This document shows, piece by piece, positions 46,083 through 54,527 of a stretch of 64,000 nt of DNA. Where the stretch lies: the IMG/VR virus record IMGVR_UViG_3300020438_006740, positions 2,919-66,918 of that record; one strand, written 5' to 3'. Source of the DNA: a virus. A program made the translations under genes and the position numbers. Within the stretch, counting starts at the first letter, position 1. Each line of letters starts with the position of its first letter. The notes below the pieces were generated by a model. That model saw nothing but the letters and a program-made list of their open reading frames with translations, was not told the origin of the DNA and did no database searches.

Positions 46083-47603
46083 TTAGCTCCATTTTACAGG
46101 AGGTCTCTTGGGGTAAGACTTAATGGCTTTGTTTTTTTGAATTTTTATCTCAAAACCAGGCTCGCTTTTGTAGACTTTTATTCTAGCGTCAGAATGATCT
46201 CTTAGATATTTGCAATTATCAAAAAACTCAACAACAATTGCTTCGGCCTTTCCTTTGCTGCGCCTTATGACTCGCCCGATTCTTTGTAATGCTCTGCCGG
46301 AAGACTTACCAGATCCAGCAAGAATTAGTGCGTCTAACTCTGGTATATCAACTCCTTGGTCAAATATTTTTGAAGCAATAAGTATATCTAATTCTCCGTC
46401 TTTCATTTCCTGAATAGAGTCCATTCTGTTTTTTGAAGATTTTGCTCCATCTAAAAACTTTACCCGGAACTCATCAGATAACTTGTCCATTAAAACATTA
46501 CCATGGCCGACTCTTACAACAAGAATTAAGACTTTTTTACCTTCTTTTACCAGCTTTTTAGCAGACTTTAAAATAAGATCGTTTCTATCATCGTTTTCTA
46601 CAATATAATTCTTATAAACATCATGGTAATTCTTCCCCACACCCCTCATTACCGGTACATCTAAAAAGTAAATTTTCGGTCGGACAAGATAGCCGTTTTT
46701 AATTAAAAAAGTTGCACTTACATCAACAATTTTTGGACCAGAAACAGCCTCAATCAAAATATCGTCGCCTGTATCTCTCCAGGGTGTTCCTGAAAACAAA
46801 AATCTGTGTTTTGCAGAGACGCTTGCTCTGTGCAAAAACTGCAGAGTCTCAGATGCTGCATATTGGCATTCATCAAAGATAAAAAGCTGCGCTTCTTGTA
46901 CCCTCTTTCTTACCATCGCCTTATTTAGAGCATTTGTATGCTTCTTGGAGTCTAAAGTGGTATCGTTATCTGTAATTTTGACTTTTTTGTTAAAGGCAGA
47001 TGCTGCAGACCAAATGGTCATAATTGTAACTTGCTTGGAGACATCACACTCGCCCCCTCCAACTATACCGCACTCGATTCCATAGGCTGACTCAATAGTT
47101 TGCTTCATTTGGTGAAGAAGCTCAATTCCAATAACATAGACTATCGTTGGTATATTGTATTTGGCAACAATTGAGGATATAATAAAACTCTTACCACCAC
47201 CGGTAGCTACCTTTATTATTCCGCTGCCCTTTTTCAGGGCAGCTTTTACGGCCCTTGATTGATAATCTCTAGGTTCAAAGTCTTTATTAATTTGTGATAC
47301 AGGTTTTCCATATCTTAAATTTGGGCGATTATCTGTAACTGTATACTCTAGGTTGTTTTTATCCAAAAACTCTTTAACTACAGAAAGAAGTCCTATAGGA
47401 AATTTCCCTGATTTCTGAAGAAGACGCACTTTTCCGTCCCAACCTCCATGCTTGCCGCGAGAACCAAAGCCCCCTTGACCACCTGCCATAAAATTATAAC
47501 CTGGGTGGTCGTAGCTAAGCTTATCCGAAAGTTCACTTACATGCTTTTGGTCAATCGAGCCTGATAGTTGGCAGTTGACATTTTCCACTCTGATCTTCAA
47601 CAT
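46083..47603 (-). CDS. SF2 DNA helicase (UvsW-like)
   Basis: RDYQ, ATGGGKS, DECQ, SGTP, QGVDIP and QRIGRVIR motifs. Confidence 0.9.
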   Translation of the reverse strand: MLKIRVENVNCQLSGSIDQKHVSELSDKLSYDHPGYNFMAGGQGGFGSRGKHGGWDGKVRLLQKSGKFPIGLLSVVKEFLDKNNLEYTVTDNRPNLRYGKPVSQINKDFEPRDYQSRAVKAALKKGSGIIKVATGGGKSFIISSIVAKYNIPTIVYVIGIELLHQMKQTIESAYGIECGIVGGGECDVSKQVTIMTIWSAASAFNKKVKITDNDTTLDSKKHTNALNKAMVRKRVQEAQLFIFDECQYAASETLQFLHRASVSAKHRFLFSGTPWRDTGDDILIEAVSGPKIVDVSATFLIKNGYLVRPKIYFLDVPVMRGVGKNYHDVYKNYIVENDDRNDLILKSAKKLVKEGKKVLILVVRVGHGNVLMDKLSDEFRVKFLDGAKSSKNRMDSIQEMKDGELDILIASKIFDQGVDIPELDALILAGSGKSSGRALQRIGRVIRRSKGKAEAIVVEFFDNCKYLRDHSDARIKVYKSEPGFEIKIQKNKAIKSYPKRPPVKWS

Positions 47604-47609
47604 TCTTAT

Positions 47610-47637
47610 ACGCTAATCCCCAAAACATTGTTGTCAA
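47610..47637 (-). promoter_or_regulatory. sigma70-like promoter TTGACA-N16-TAGCGT, possibly leaderless
   Basis: -10 box ends 6 nt before the ATG; no SD visible. Confidence 0.45.
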
Positions 47638-47640
47638 CCA

Positions 47641-48558
47641 TTACATATCTGACAGCAGCTCTTTCAGATCTAAGTTGGCACAGTCCAACTTTCCTTTCGT
47701 AAAGTTGTAATGATTGCAGATGCCCTCAAAGGTGCCTTTGACACAACCGCTGTGTACGCCCCTAGAGAGTGTGCCATCATCATTAGAGGGGTAGGATAAG
47801 GGTATTCCAACCCCTTCGCTGCAGGCCTTCCAGAGGGCTTTTAAGGCCCGTATTTGAACTGGGTAAAAATCCATAAAAGGCTCTAGAGTTTTTCCATGCA
47901 CAGTAGCGCCTTCAACAAGCGGTCTTTCTCCAAGCCCATTTCTAACATACCAACTTTGATACTTTGGATAGTAAGCATTCGCAATCTCAACGCCAATCCC
48001 CTTTGGGTTTCCGCCAACACCGCCTCGTATTCCTGCGTGCCAAGCTTTGTGCTGAGTGTCAAGCATCTGGTAAATCGTTCCATCATTATCAATACAAAAA
48101 TGAACAGATATCCCTCTGTTATTCAAAACTCTAGCGCAAGATTCTGAATTCAAGCAAACATCCCAATGATTAACGAACATTGTAGGCTCTCTATCGGGCT
48201 TTCCGGAATAATCTGTATAACAACCCTTTTTAGCCTTCAAACCTTCGGGATCTTCCCACAAAACTACCTTATCCCACTTTATGGGAATAAAATTGCTGTT
48301 GTGAACAATATATTTTTGCTCTGTTCCAACCTGAATATTTTTTGGAGCATAATAAGCAATGTTTGACTCTCTTTCCGTCCAAATGCGCCTATAAGTCATC
48401 GGACCAACGAGGCCATCTGCTGTTAAGCCATTTTTCCTCTGCCACCTTTGGATTGACTTGACAAGCTCGTAATCAAACTCTTCACAACCAAACCAGCTTG
48501 GATCCCAGCCTAGCTTGGCAGAGGAAGAGCTATTATAAAAATCTTTATCGATAGCCAT
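47641..48558 (-). CDS. endolysin: PG-binding + N-acetylmuramoyl-L-alanine amidase (Amidase_2)
   Basis: QRWQRKNGLTADGLVGPMT; VNHWD, SVHF.ID.DGTIYQ, AWHAG, IGVEI and H.....K.DC motifs. Confidence 0.9.
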   Translation of the reverse strand: MAIDKDFYNSSSSAKLGWDPSWFGCEEFDYELVKSIQRWQRKNGLTADGLVGPMTYRRIWTERESNIAYYAPKNIQVGTEQKYIVHNSNFIPIKWDKVVLWEDPEGLKAKKGCYTDYSGKPDREPTMFVNHWDVCLNSESCARVLNNRGISVHFCIDNDGTIYQMLDTQHKAWHAGIRGGVGGNPKGIGVEIANAYYPKYQSWYVRNGLGERPLVEGATVHGKTLEPFMDFYPVQIRALKALWKACSEGVGIPLSYPSNDDGTLSRGVHSGCVKGTFEGICNHYNFTKGKLDCANLDLKELLSDM

Positions 48559-50963
48559 TACTTTTTTCTCTTTCTTCTATCAATAAGAGATGTTCTTCCG
48601 CCAGATCTTTGCATCCTGCTAAATGCAGAGTTCTTTTTCTTTATCTTTCGATTAATCTCTCTGCTAGTTGCGTTTACCTGATCTTCTTCAAAGTCAAGAG
48701 TCATAGTGGCAGCACTATTTTTTTCTTTTGATTCAGCAAGCAAAGCCTGCTCCTCACTTTCTCTCTTTAAGTTTTCAACCCTATCCTTCGGAAGACCCAA
48801 TCCCGCAAACCAGCTGTAAATTTTAATAGAATCTTTTTCCGAGGGAGTTGAATAAACGCCCTGGAAGATTGAGGCCCCATTTGTTTGCTGAGAAATTATG
48901 TGAAAACAATAATTTATATTCAAAGCAGGAAGCCTCTCTAGTGCTGACTCAGGCCCTGTTATAATAACTCCGCCGGCCCTTGTTTGGCTCAAATCAAAGC
49001 CTGACGCAAGCATATTCCCGCCCAAACTACTGATAACAGCCTCTGCTAAAGCAGTTTCTTCCATATAATCTTCTACCTCTATTACTCCATATGTCGAACA
49101 GTTTCCTGCGGCTATAATTTTAGCAAAATCACTAGGATCAAGAGAAGTAAACTTTGAAGCAGTACATGTTAGTGTATTAAAAACATGCAGAGGCTCTATA
49201 ATAGCCTCATTCGAAACTTCCCAGAACTTTGACTGACTTAAATCTGCATAGATCTGCTCAATTCTGGCATTATCTACAACAATCAGATTTACAACCATCT
49301 TGTTAACAGTCATTTTAGCTAGCCGAGAAAGCGTCTCTATTGAATTCTTCTTGGACTGCGCATCTTCTGTTGCTTTCGGAAGAACATAAATAACTCCAAC
49401 TTGAATTCCAGCTTCAAATAACATAGTTACCATGGTATCAACTGAGCTTGAGCCGGTACCACCGCCACCAGAAACAGTAATATACACCATGTTATTGCCT
49501 TCAATAATTGGGTCTAAAAACTGAACTATTTGTTCCTGGGAATCATCAAAAATCTCCCTACCTAAATCTAGGTCTTTTCCCGTTCCACCCAAGCTTCCCT
49601 CTAACAAAAGTTTTTGATGATCAGCTACCTCAATAAACTCAAGATCCTGAGCAGAGGTGTTGATGACACCTACATCGTATCCTTTCTTGTGAAATGCTTC
49701 GGCTAATCTGGAGCCTGCTTGTCCAACTCCAACTACCGCGAACTCTATACTTACTGATCTTTGAGAAATCACCTTCACTTCCTCCTCCTTTTGCTCTTTA
49801 GAATTTTTTGAGTTTAGCTTGGCATTTAATTTGCTTAAGACATCCATGTCCATTTCTGCAGAGCCTGACTTTTTGCCCTCGACAGAGGCCTCTCCGAAGG
49901 CTTCCAGCAGACTTTTGTTCTCAGATTCGATCTGCTCTTTTGTTTTTTTTGCCATTAAATTTTCCTCATAATATTTGTTTAATTGTTTTAAAATTTCTTC
50001 CGAAGAAGTTGTAGCATGTGCAATTAGTCCATTTCCATTATACGAAATAACTTTGCAAAGATAATCAGTATGAATGTTCATTGGATCTGCATTTGTTGTT
50101 ATTATTTCACAATCAAATTTTTTTGCTTCATAAAAGGTTAAACCCAACCCCTCTCTGGTCGATGGTGCTATTACACAGTCTGATTTTTCATATAATTTAT
50201 ATATGCCCTCTTTGTTTAAAATCTCATTTATTATCATAATATTATTAGATTTTTTAACAATTAATTTTTCTTTATCAGATAATCTTCCAGTAACAATTAA
50301 TTGTACGTTTTTTTGTACATCTTCAGAGAATCTTTGAAATGCCAATAAGACATTTTTTGTATTTTTTTGAGAAAAAGATGGGTTTAAAGAAGCCTGGTGA
50401 TAAAAAATAAACTTGTCTTTTGACTTTTTATTTTCGGATATAAAATTGTTTGCATCATTTGCATAATCCCAAGAAGTTTCATATATAATTGTTTTCCCAA
50501 ACAGTCTGGTAGTCGTTTTTGTTAAAGAAATTATACCGTCCAATCTATTATAGGATCCGCGCTTTAAGTGCGATTCATCAACCCACTCTGGCATTGGTAT
50601 ATCATATATTCTCACTCTTTTTTTACTCTTTATACTATCAATCCAGCTTGCTGTTGGCATAAAGGTTTCTAGCGAAAAGATTATATCCACATCTTTATCA
50701 ATAACAAATTTTTCTAAGTTATTTTTATGAAAGCTGTTTGCCTCAAAATAACTTAATCCACTTAATAAGCCTTTATCACTAAGTGGTGGATAAAATGGAA
50801 CAAATCTTCTTCCGGTCTTTTTATATTTCTCCTTTGGAAAAAGGTAAACTTCATTATTTTTTACAAGCTCCTTATAAAGAGATTTACCTAAATAAAATAA
50901 TCCTGATTCAAACAAATAAGTTTTTATCAGGATCTTCTTCTTTTTAAACTTTGTTATATTCAC
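48558..50963 (-). CDS. in-frame fusion: GT4-like glycosyltransferase + tubulin/FtsZ-like GTPase (internal start at 49955)
   Basis: PSTREGLGLTFYEA (GT-B); VVGVGQAGSRLA, GTGKD, GGGTGSS, VVDN and LDPSDF (tubulin/FtsZ); GAGGA SD before MAKKTK. Confidence 0.85.
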   Translation of the reverse strand: MNITKFKKKKILIKTYLFESGLFYLGKSLYKELVKNNEVYLFPKEKYKKTGRRFVPFYPPLSDKGLLSGLSYFEANSFHKNNLEKFVIDKDVDIIFSLETFMPTASWIDSIKSKKRVRIYDIPMPEWVDESHLKRGSYNRLDGIISLTKTTTRLFGKTIIYETSWDYANDANNFISENKKSKDKFIFYHQASLNPSFSQKNTKNVLLAFQRFSEDVQKNVQLIVTGRLSDKEKLIVKKSNNIMIINEILNKEGIYKLYEKSDCVIAPSTREGLGLTFYEAKKFDCEIITTNADPMNIHTDYLCKVISYNGNGLIAHATTSSEEILKQLNKYYEENLMAKKTKEQIESENKSLLEAFGEASVEGKKSGSAEMDMDVLSKLNAKLNSKNSKEQKEEEVKVISQRSVSIEFAVVGVGQAGSRLAEAFHKKGYDVGVINTSAQDLEFIEVADHQKLLLEGSLGGTGKDLDLGREIFDDSQEQIVQFLDPIIEGNNMVYITVSGGGGTGSSSVDTMVTMLFEAGIQVGVIYVLPKATEDAQSKKNSIETLSRLAKMTVNKMVVNLIVVDNARIEQIYADLSQSKFWEVSNEAIIEPLHVFNTLTCTASKFTSLDPSDFAKIIAAGNCSTYGVIEVEDYMEETALAEAVISSLGGNMLASGFDLSQTRAGGVIITGPESALERLPALNINYCFHIISQQTNGASIFQGVYSTPSEKDSIKIYSWFAGLGLPKDRVENLKRESEEQALLAESKEKNSAATMTLDFEEDQVNATSREINRKIKKKNSAFSRMQRSGGRTSLIDRRKRKK

Positions 50964-51657
50964 GCTCTAACACCCTAGACCTTGAGGCTGCTCTAATCTT
51001 TTTATTATTCCTCCTACCTGTATCTGTAGAATCCTTGCTGTTTGTTAGAGATCCTCCGTTTTTTATAACAGAATAATAATAAAGAACTCTATGTATATAT
51101 TTTATGTTATATTTTTCAGATATTCTCAGCCACATATCATAATCTTCAGATATCCAAAGTGATTCGTCAAAAAATCCAACCTCATCGAGCACACACCTTC
51201 TTATGGTAGCTGATCCTGAAGCCACAAAGTTTTGCCTCATCATTAAAGGGTAGCTTATTTTTATAGGGCGACTGTAGAATGGCCTCATCATTCTGCTTCG
51301 ATTATAAAGAATTTTGTAATTCCCACAGGTCATTCCGACCTTGTGGTCCTCAAACTCTTTTACACTATAATAAAGCTTTTCCCTTGCCATAATATCGTCT
51401 GCATCCAACAAAGATATAAGATCTGCATTAGATTGTTTTATTGCAAGATTTCTTGCTGCAGACGGGCCAGAGTTTTTTTCTGTTTTAATAAGATTAACAT
51501 CTGGATAGAGCTTGGTAATACCCTCTATATTTTCAGAGGAGCAGTCATCAATCACCGTTATCGAATACTGCTTATAAGTCTGATTTAAACAGCTCTCTAT
51601 AGCATCCTTGAGGTATGGACCCGGATTGTATGCTGGTATTATTATTTCTACTTTCAT
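50944..51657 (-). CDS. glycosyltransferase family 2
   Basis: IIIPAYN, IDDCS, GPSAARN, LDADD and EDYDMWLR motifs. Confidence 0.92.
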   Translation of the reverse strand: MKVEIIIPAYNPGPYLKDAIESCLNQTYKQYSITVIDDCSSENIEGITKLYPDVNLIKTEKNSGPSAARNLAIKQSNADLISLLDADDIMAREKLYYSVKEFEDHKVGMTCGNYKILYNRSRMMRPFYSRPIKISYPLMMRQNFVASGSATIRRCVLDEVGFFDESLWISEDYDMWLRISEKYNIKYIHRVLYYYSVIKNGGSLTNSKDSTDTGRRNNKKIRAASRSRVLEREYNKV

Positions 51658-52055
51658 TTTTCGCGGACATCGACCTGATTATCCTCTATTTTACCAGAAT
51701 CGGGCGAATTAGGGTAAAGTGTTTGTGTTAAAATTATTATAATTGATAAAACTAAACAAACTATGGTTTTTTTATCAATTACCTCGCCCTTTACGATGTA
51801 TGTTAATATTGCAAATACTATAACTCCAACTCCAAAGCTAACAAGCCTTGGTGGCCACAGGCTTCCGTCAAAGTGCTGTACCAAAAATCTCCATCCATAA
51901 TAAAAGAAGGCCCCACATGGTGAAAATAACAATATTGTAAAGATAGGTCTTTCGCTCCACCAGTTGCTCATAAACTGAAGGTTTATCTGAAACCATGTAA
52001 ATATATTTCCTACCAAAAGTAGGAGGAGCGCAGAAAGAAGTGTATGGTTAAACAT
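51654..52055 (-). CDS. four-TM membrane protein (DMT/SMR-like)
   Basis: Four hydrophobic helices. Confidence 0.55.
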   Translation of the reverse strand: MFNHTLLSALLLLLVGNIFTWFQINLQFMSNWWSERPIFTILLFSPCGAFFYYGWRFLVQHFDGSLWPPRLVSFGVGVIVFAILTYIVKGEVIDKKTIVCLVLSIIIILTQTLYPNSPDSGKIEDNQVDVREK

Positions 52056-52413
52056 TTTGATTTTTTATTCTTTCTCTACCATAGTCATCTCCAAGCCTAA
52101 CAACGTCGTCTAACTCAGATGTGGATACCTCTATAAGCTTAACACTTGATTCTGTAGCACAAAATCTGTGAATCAAACCAGGCTCAATATGCATTGACTC
52201 GCCCTGGTTTAAAATAATTTTTTTTAAAGAGTCTTCTGAATTACCGCATATAAGCAAAAGCTCACCCTCTAGTACGTAGATTGTTTCTTCTTTTTTTTCA
52301 TGAAATTGAAGAGATAGCCTCTCACCCTTGTTTATATGCAATATTTTTCCAGCATACTTGTTTGTGTGAGCCCAAACTTCTTCATGCCCCCATGGTTTAT
52401 GAATTTTCTTCAC
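52048..52413 (-). CDS. cupin, mannose-6-phosphate isomerase (type II C-terminal)-like
   Basis: KPWG.E, LSLQFH..KEET, HRF and EVST...DDVVR..DDYGR motifs. Confidence 0.82.
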   Translation of the reverse strand: MKKIHKPWGHEEVWAHTNKYAGKILHINKGERLSLQFHEKKEETIYVLEGELLLICGNSEDSLKKIILNQGESMHIEPGLIHRFCATESSVKLIEVSTSELDDVVRLGDDYGRERIKNQNV

Positions 52414-52422
52414 GAACTACTC

Positions 52423-53304
52423 CTAGGCGATTTGTTGAGACAAGCCTTGAGCTGTCTGAGTTCTTTTTGCAATTGCTCCCCCAACATCTCTTGGTCTCTC
52501 TATATTTTTGACAAACCAGTCTACCCACCATTCTACCGTTTTCTCATCTGAAATAACAGAGCTATATCTAGACTGAAGTGTATTTATCATATAATCCACC
52601 TGAGCTCCATAATCAGTTAGCAGCTTTAGCTTTTCCTCATTAGTTTGGGGGTCGCCGTTTGCTTTTAAAAACCGAGTTCCCATAGAGGTTCTTGTGCATA
52701 TATTGTATTGCCACAAACCATAAGAGCAGCAAAGGCCCTTTCCTTCGATCATTATTGATCTATCACTTCTTCTTTTTGCATAATCTCCACAATCTCCAGC
52801 TATTCCGATATTTAAATTAGACTCTGAAATAGCATTTGCGACCATTGCAATGCATAAGTTCCTATTTCTTAGTGCCGAAAAAAGATCCCCATAAAGCCCT
52901 TCTGCGCTAACAGTCCCTCCGGATGCAGAATAGCCCCCTTCTGTTGAGTCATCTCTTTCGATTGACTGCAGAGTGTCTCTTAGCCAGCCAGATCTTTCTG
53001 TTTCGACATTTTCCTTGGGGTCTCCTTCAAATATCAGTTTTCTGGTGACATCATCTGCTATACCACTTTCCCGCAAGCTGTTTTCTCTTTGAAAAAGCAA
53101 TAACGCACCTTTTGTTTCTGGACCAAAATATCCATCAACACCGTATTGTTTTAGCTTAAAGCCATATAACTCTAGAAGCTCCTGAAGTAGAGACACCTCG
53201 CCTTTGGTGTTAGCATCTGTATCACCCTCTCTTAGGTCAAAGCCAATATCGGACTCTTCTGATGCCAGTTTAAAAAATTTTTTTATTTTATTTTTTCTGT
53301 TCAT
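52423..53304 (-). CDS. PG-binding + phage tail lysozyme-like protein with K-L-A leader
   Basis: LQELL...G...GVDGYFGPET..AL..FQ; ANAISESNLN, YGLWQY and IERP motifs. Confidence 0.8.
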   Translation of the reverse strand: MNRKNKIKKFFKLASEESDIGFDLREGDTDANTKGEVSLLQELLELYGFKLKQYGVDGYFGPETKGALLLFQRENSLRESGIADDVTRKLIFEGDPKENVETERSGWLRDTLQSIERDDSTEGGYSASGGTVSAEGLYGDLFSALRNRNLCIAMVANAISESNLNIGIAGDCGDYAKRRSDRSIMIEGKGLCCSYGLWQYNICTRTSMGTRFLKANGDPQTNEEKLKLLTDYGAQVDYMINTLQSRYSSVISDEKTVEWWVDWFVKNIERPRDVGGAIAKRTQTAQGLSQQIA

Positions 53305-53704
53305 GGAAATATTCCTTTAGCTCCTCGGCTGTTGGAATTTGTTCTTTAAAACCCAAAAAGGCCTCCGTTAACCACCCACTAAGAGAAGCTCCCTTTCTAA
53401 ATGGAGGGCTCAACTGAGATCCTCTATAATGGTTGCAAGTATAACAAGCCCAAGCAAGATTCCATCTATCGACTGGCGGGCCCCCGGCAGATCGCGGAAT
53501 TATATGCTCCACACCAACCAGGGTTTCGCTTGAGCACCAACAGCATACCTTGCTTATTTTCTCTATCTTTAGAGAGCCTCTCCTAAAGCCGCTAGGCCTT
53601 TCTTGGGGTGACTCTAAAGATTTAATATATTCGACAAAATTGTTAGAACTTACATCTCTGTTAGCTAGTTTATAAAAAAAGTTTATTTTAGCCTTTCTGT
53701 TCAT
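53288..53704 (-). CDS. HNH endonuclease with K-L-A leader
   Basis: CCWC...EHIIPRSAGG....NLAWACYTCN; N-terminus MNRKAKINFFYKLA. Confidence 0.85.
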   Translation of the reverse strand: MNRKAKINFFYKLANRDVSSNNFVEYIKSLESPQERPSGFRRGSLKIEKISKVCCWCSSETLVGVEHIIPRSAGGPPVDRWNLAWACYTCNHYRGSQLSPPFRKGASLSGWLTEAFLGFKEQIPTAEELKEYFHEQKK

Positions 53705-53726
53705 TTTAAGTTCCTACAGAGAGGTT

Positions 53727-53736
53727 AAATATTAGC
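53727..53736 (-). promoter_or_regulatory. GCTAATATTT motif
   Basis: Intergenic, 22 nt upstream of the ATG at 53704. Confidence 0.55.
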
Positions 53737-53743
53737 AGCAATT

Positions 53744-54424
53744 TTAAAAATAACTAAAATGACCAAAACATCTTGGTTGATAAAGATCTTTGCCGCCGAC
53801 CTCTACCTCAAAGTCTTTTCTTCCACCTATTTTTTCCGTATAGTGAGCATCAGCACCGCAGATAGAACAAACAGCAGGGCATACTTCCACTTTTGTAGCA
53901 TATGGCATTATGTTTAATATTTCAGAAAAAGGATTTCCATCTGAATTTAGCTGAATTGTTGATGCAATTATCGTGGCACCACACTTAAACAGATAAGGAA
54001 GAATTTTTCCAGCTCCTTTTACCATAAAAACTTCATCTAAAGCTATTACCGGAGCATGAGCTAAAAACTTATTATTTAACGGATCAAGCTCGCCTTTTTC
54101 TGATAGAAAATCAATCATATCTGCACCACACTCTATGGTTGTGGCCTTTATTGATCCCCCATTATGTGATACAATCCTGGTCTCAGCATATCTGTCATCT
54201 ATACAGGGCTTAAATGCATAAATATTTCTTCCCTTATACCTATACCTATCTAGCTCAGACAGCATTCTAGTTGTCTTACCGCCAAACATTGGACCAGTAA
54301 ATAATACAAACTCTCTTTTAAGAGAGCTTATCGTTTGATACATATATCTAGGATCATTTTGCAATGCTTTTTCAAAATATTCTAAGCAATACTTTCCACT
54401 TTCTTCTTTCACTCTAAGCCTCAC
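53744..54424 (-). CDS. tdk: thymidine kinase (type II)
   Basis: TGPMFGGKTT, KP.ID.RY, LDEVF, CSICG..A and VGG.DLYQPRC motifs. Confidence 0.92.
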   Translation of the reverse strand: MRLRVKEESGKYCLEYFEKALQNDPRYMYQTISSLKREFVLFTGPMFGGKTTRMLSELDRYRYKGRNIYAFKPCIDDRYAETRIVSHNGGSIKATTIECGADMIDFLSEKGELDPLNNKFLAHAPVIALDEVFMVKGAGKILPYLFKCGATIIASTIQLNSDGNPFSEILNIMPYATKVEVCPAVCSICGADAHYTEKIGGRKDFEVEVGGKDLYQPRCFGHFSYF

Positions 54425-54492
54425 TTATACGTTTCTTTTAAATAAAGTTTTCCACGAATATTTTGACCCCCAACCCAGCTCCCTGGTTATTT
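54424..54492 (-). pseudogene. degenerate remnant of a gmd 3' end
   Basis: Translates as ITRELGWGSKYSWKTL(F)-KETYK with one frameshift, versus gmd IMEELGWSPMYSWKSLLKEMYE. Confidence 0.65.
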
Positions 54493-54527
54493 AGTACTTA
54501 TTAAGGCTAATTCTTTGGTGAAAAGAA

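Noticed and set aside
53288-53704. HNH gene as an intron-encoded or mobile homing element
   Set aside because: It is free-standing, the flanking genes are uninterrupted, and it carries a leader shared with its neighbour
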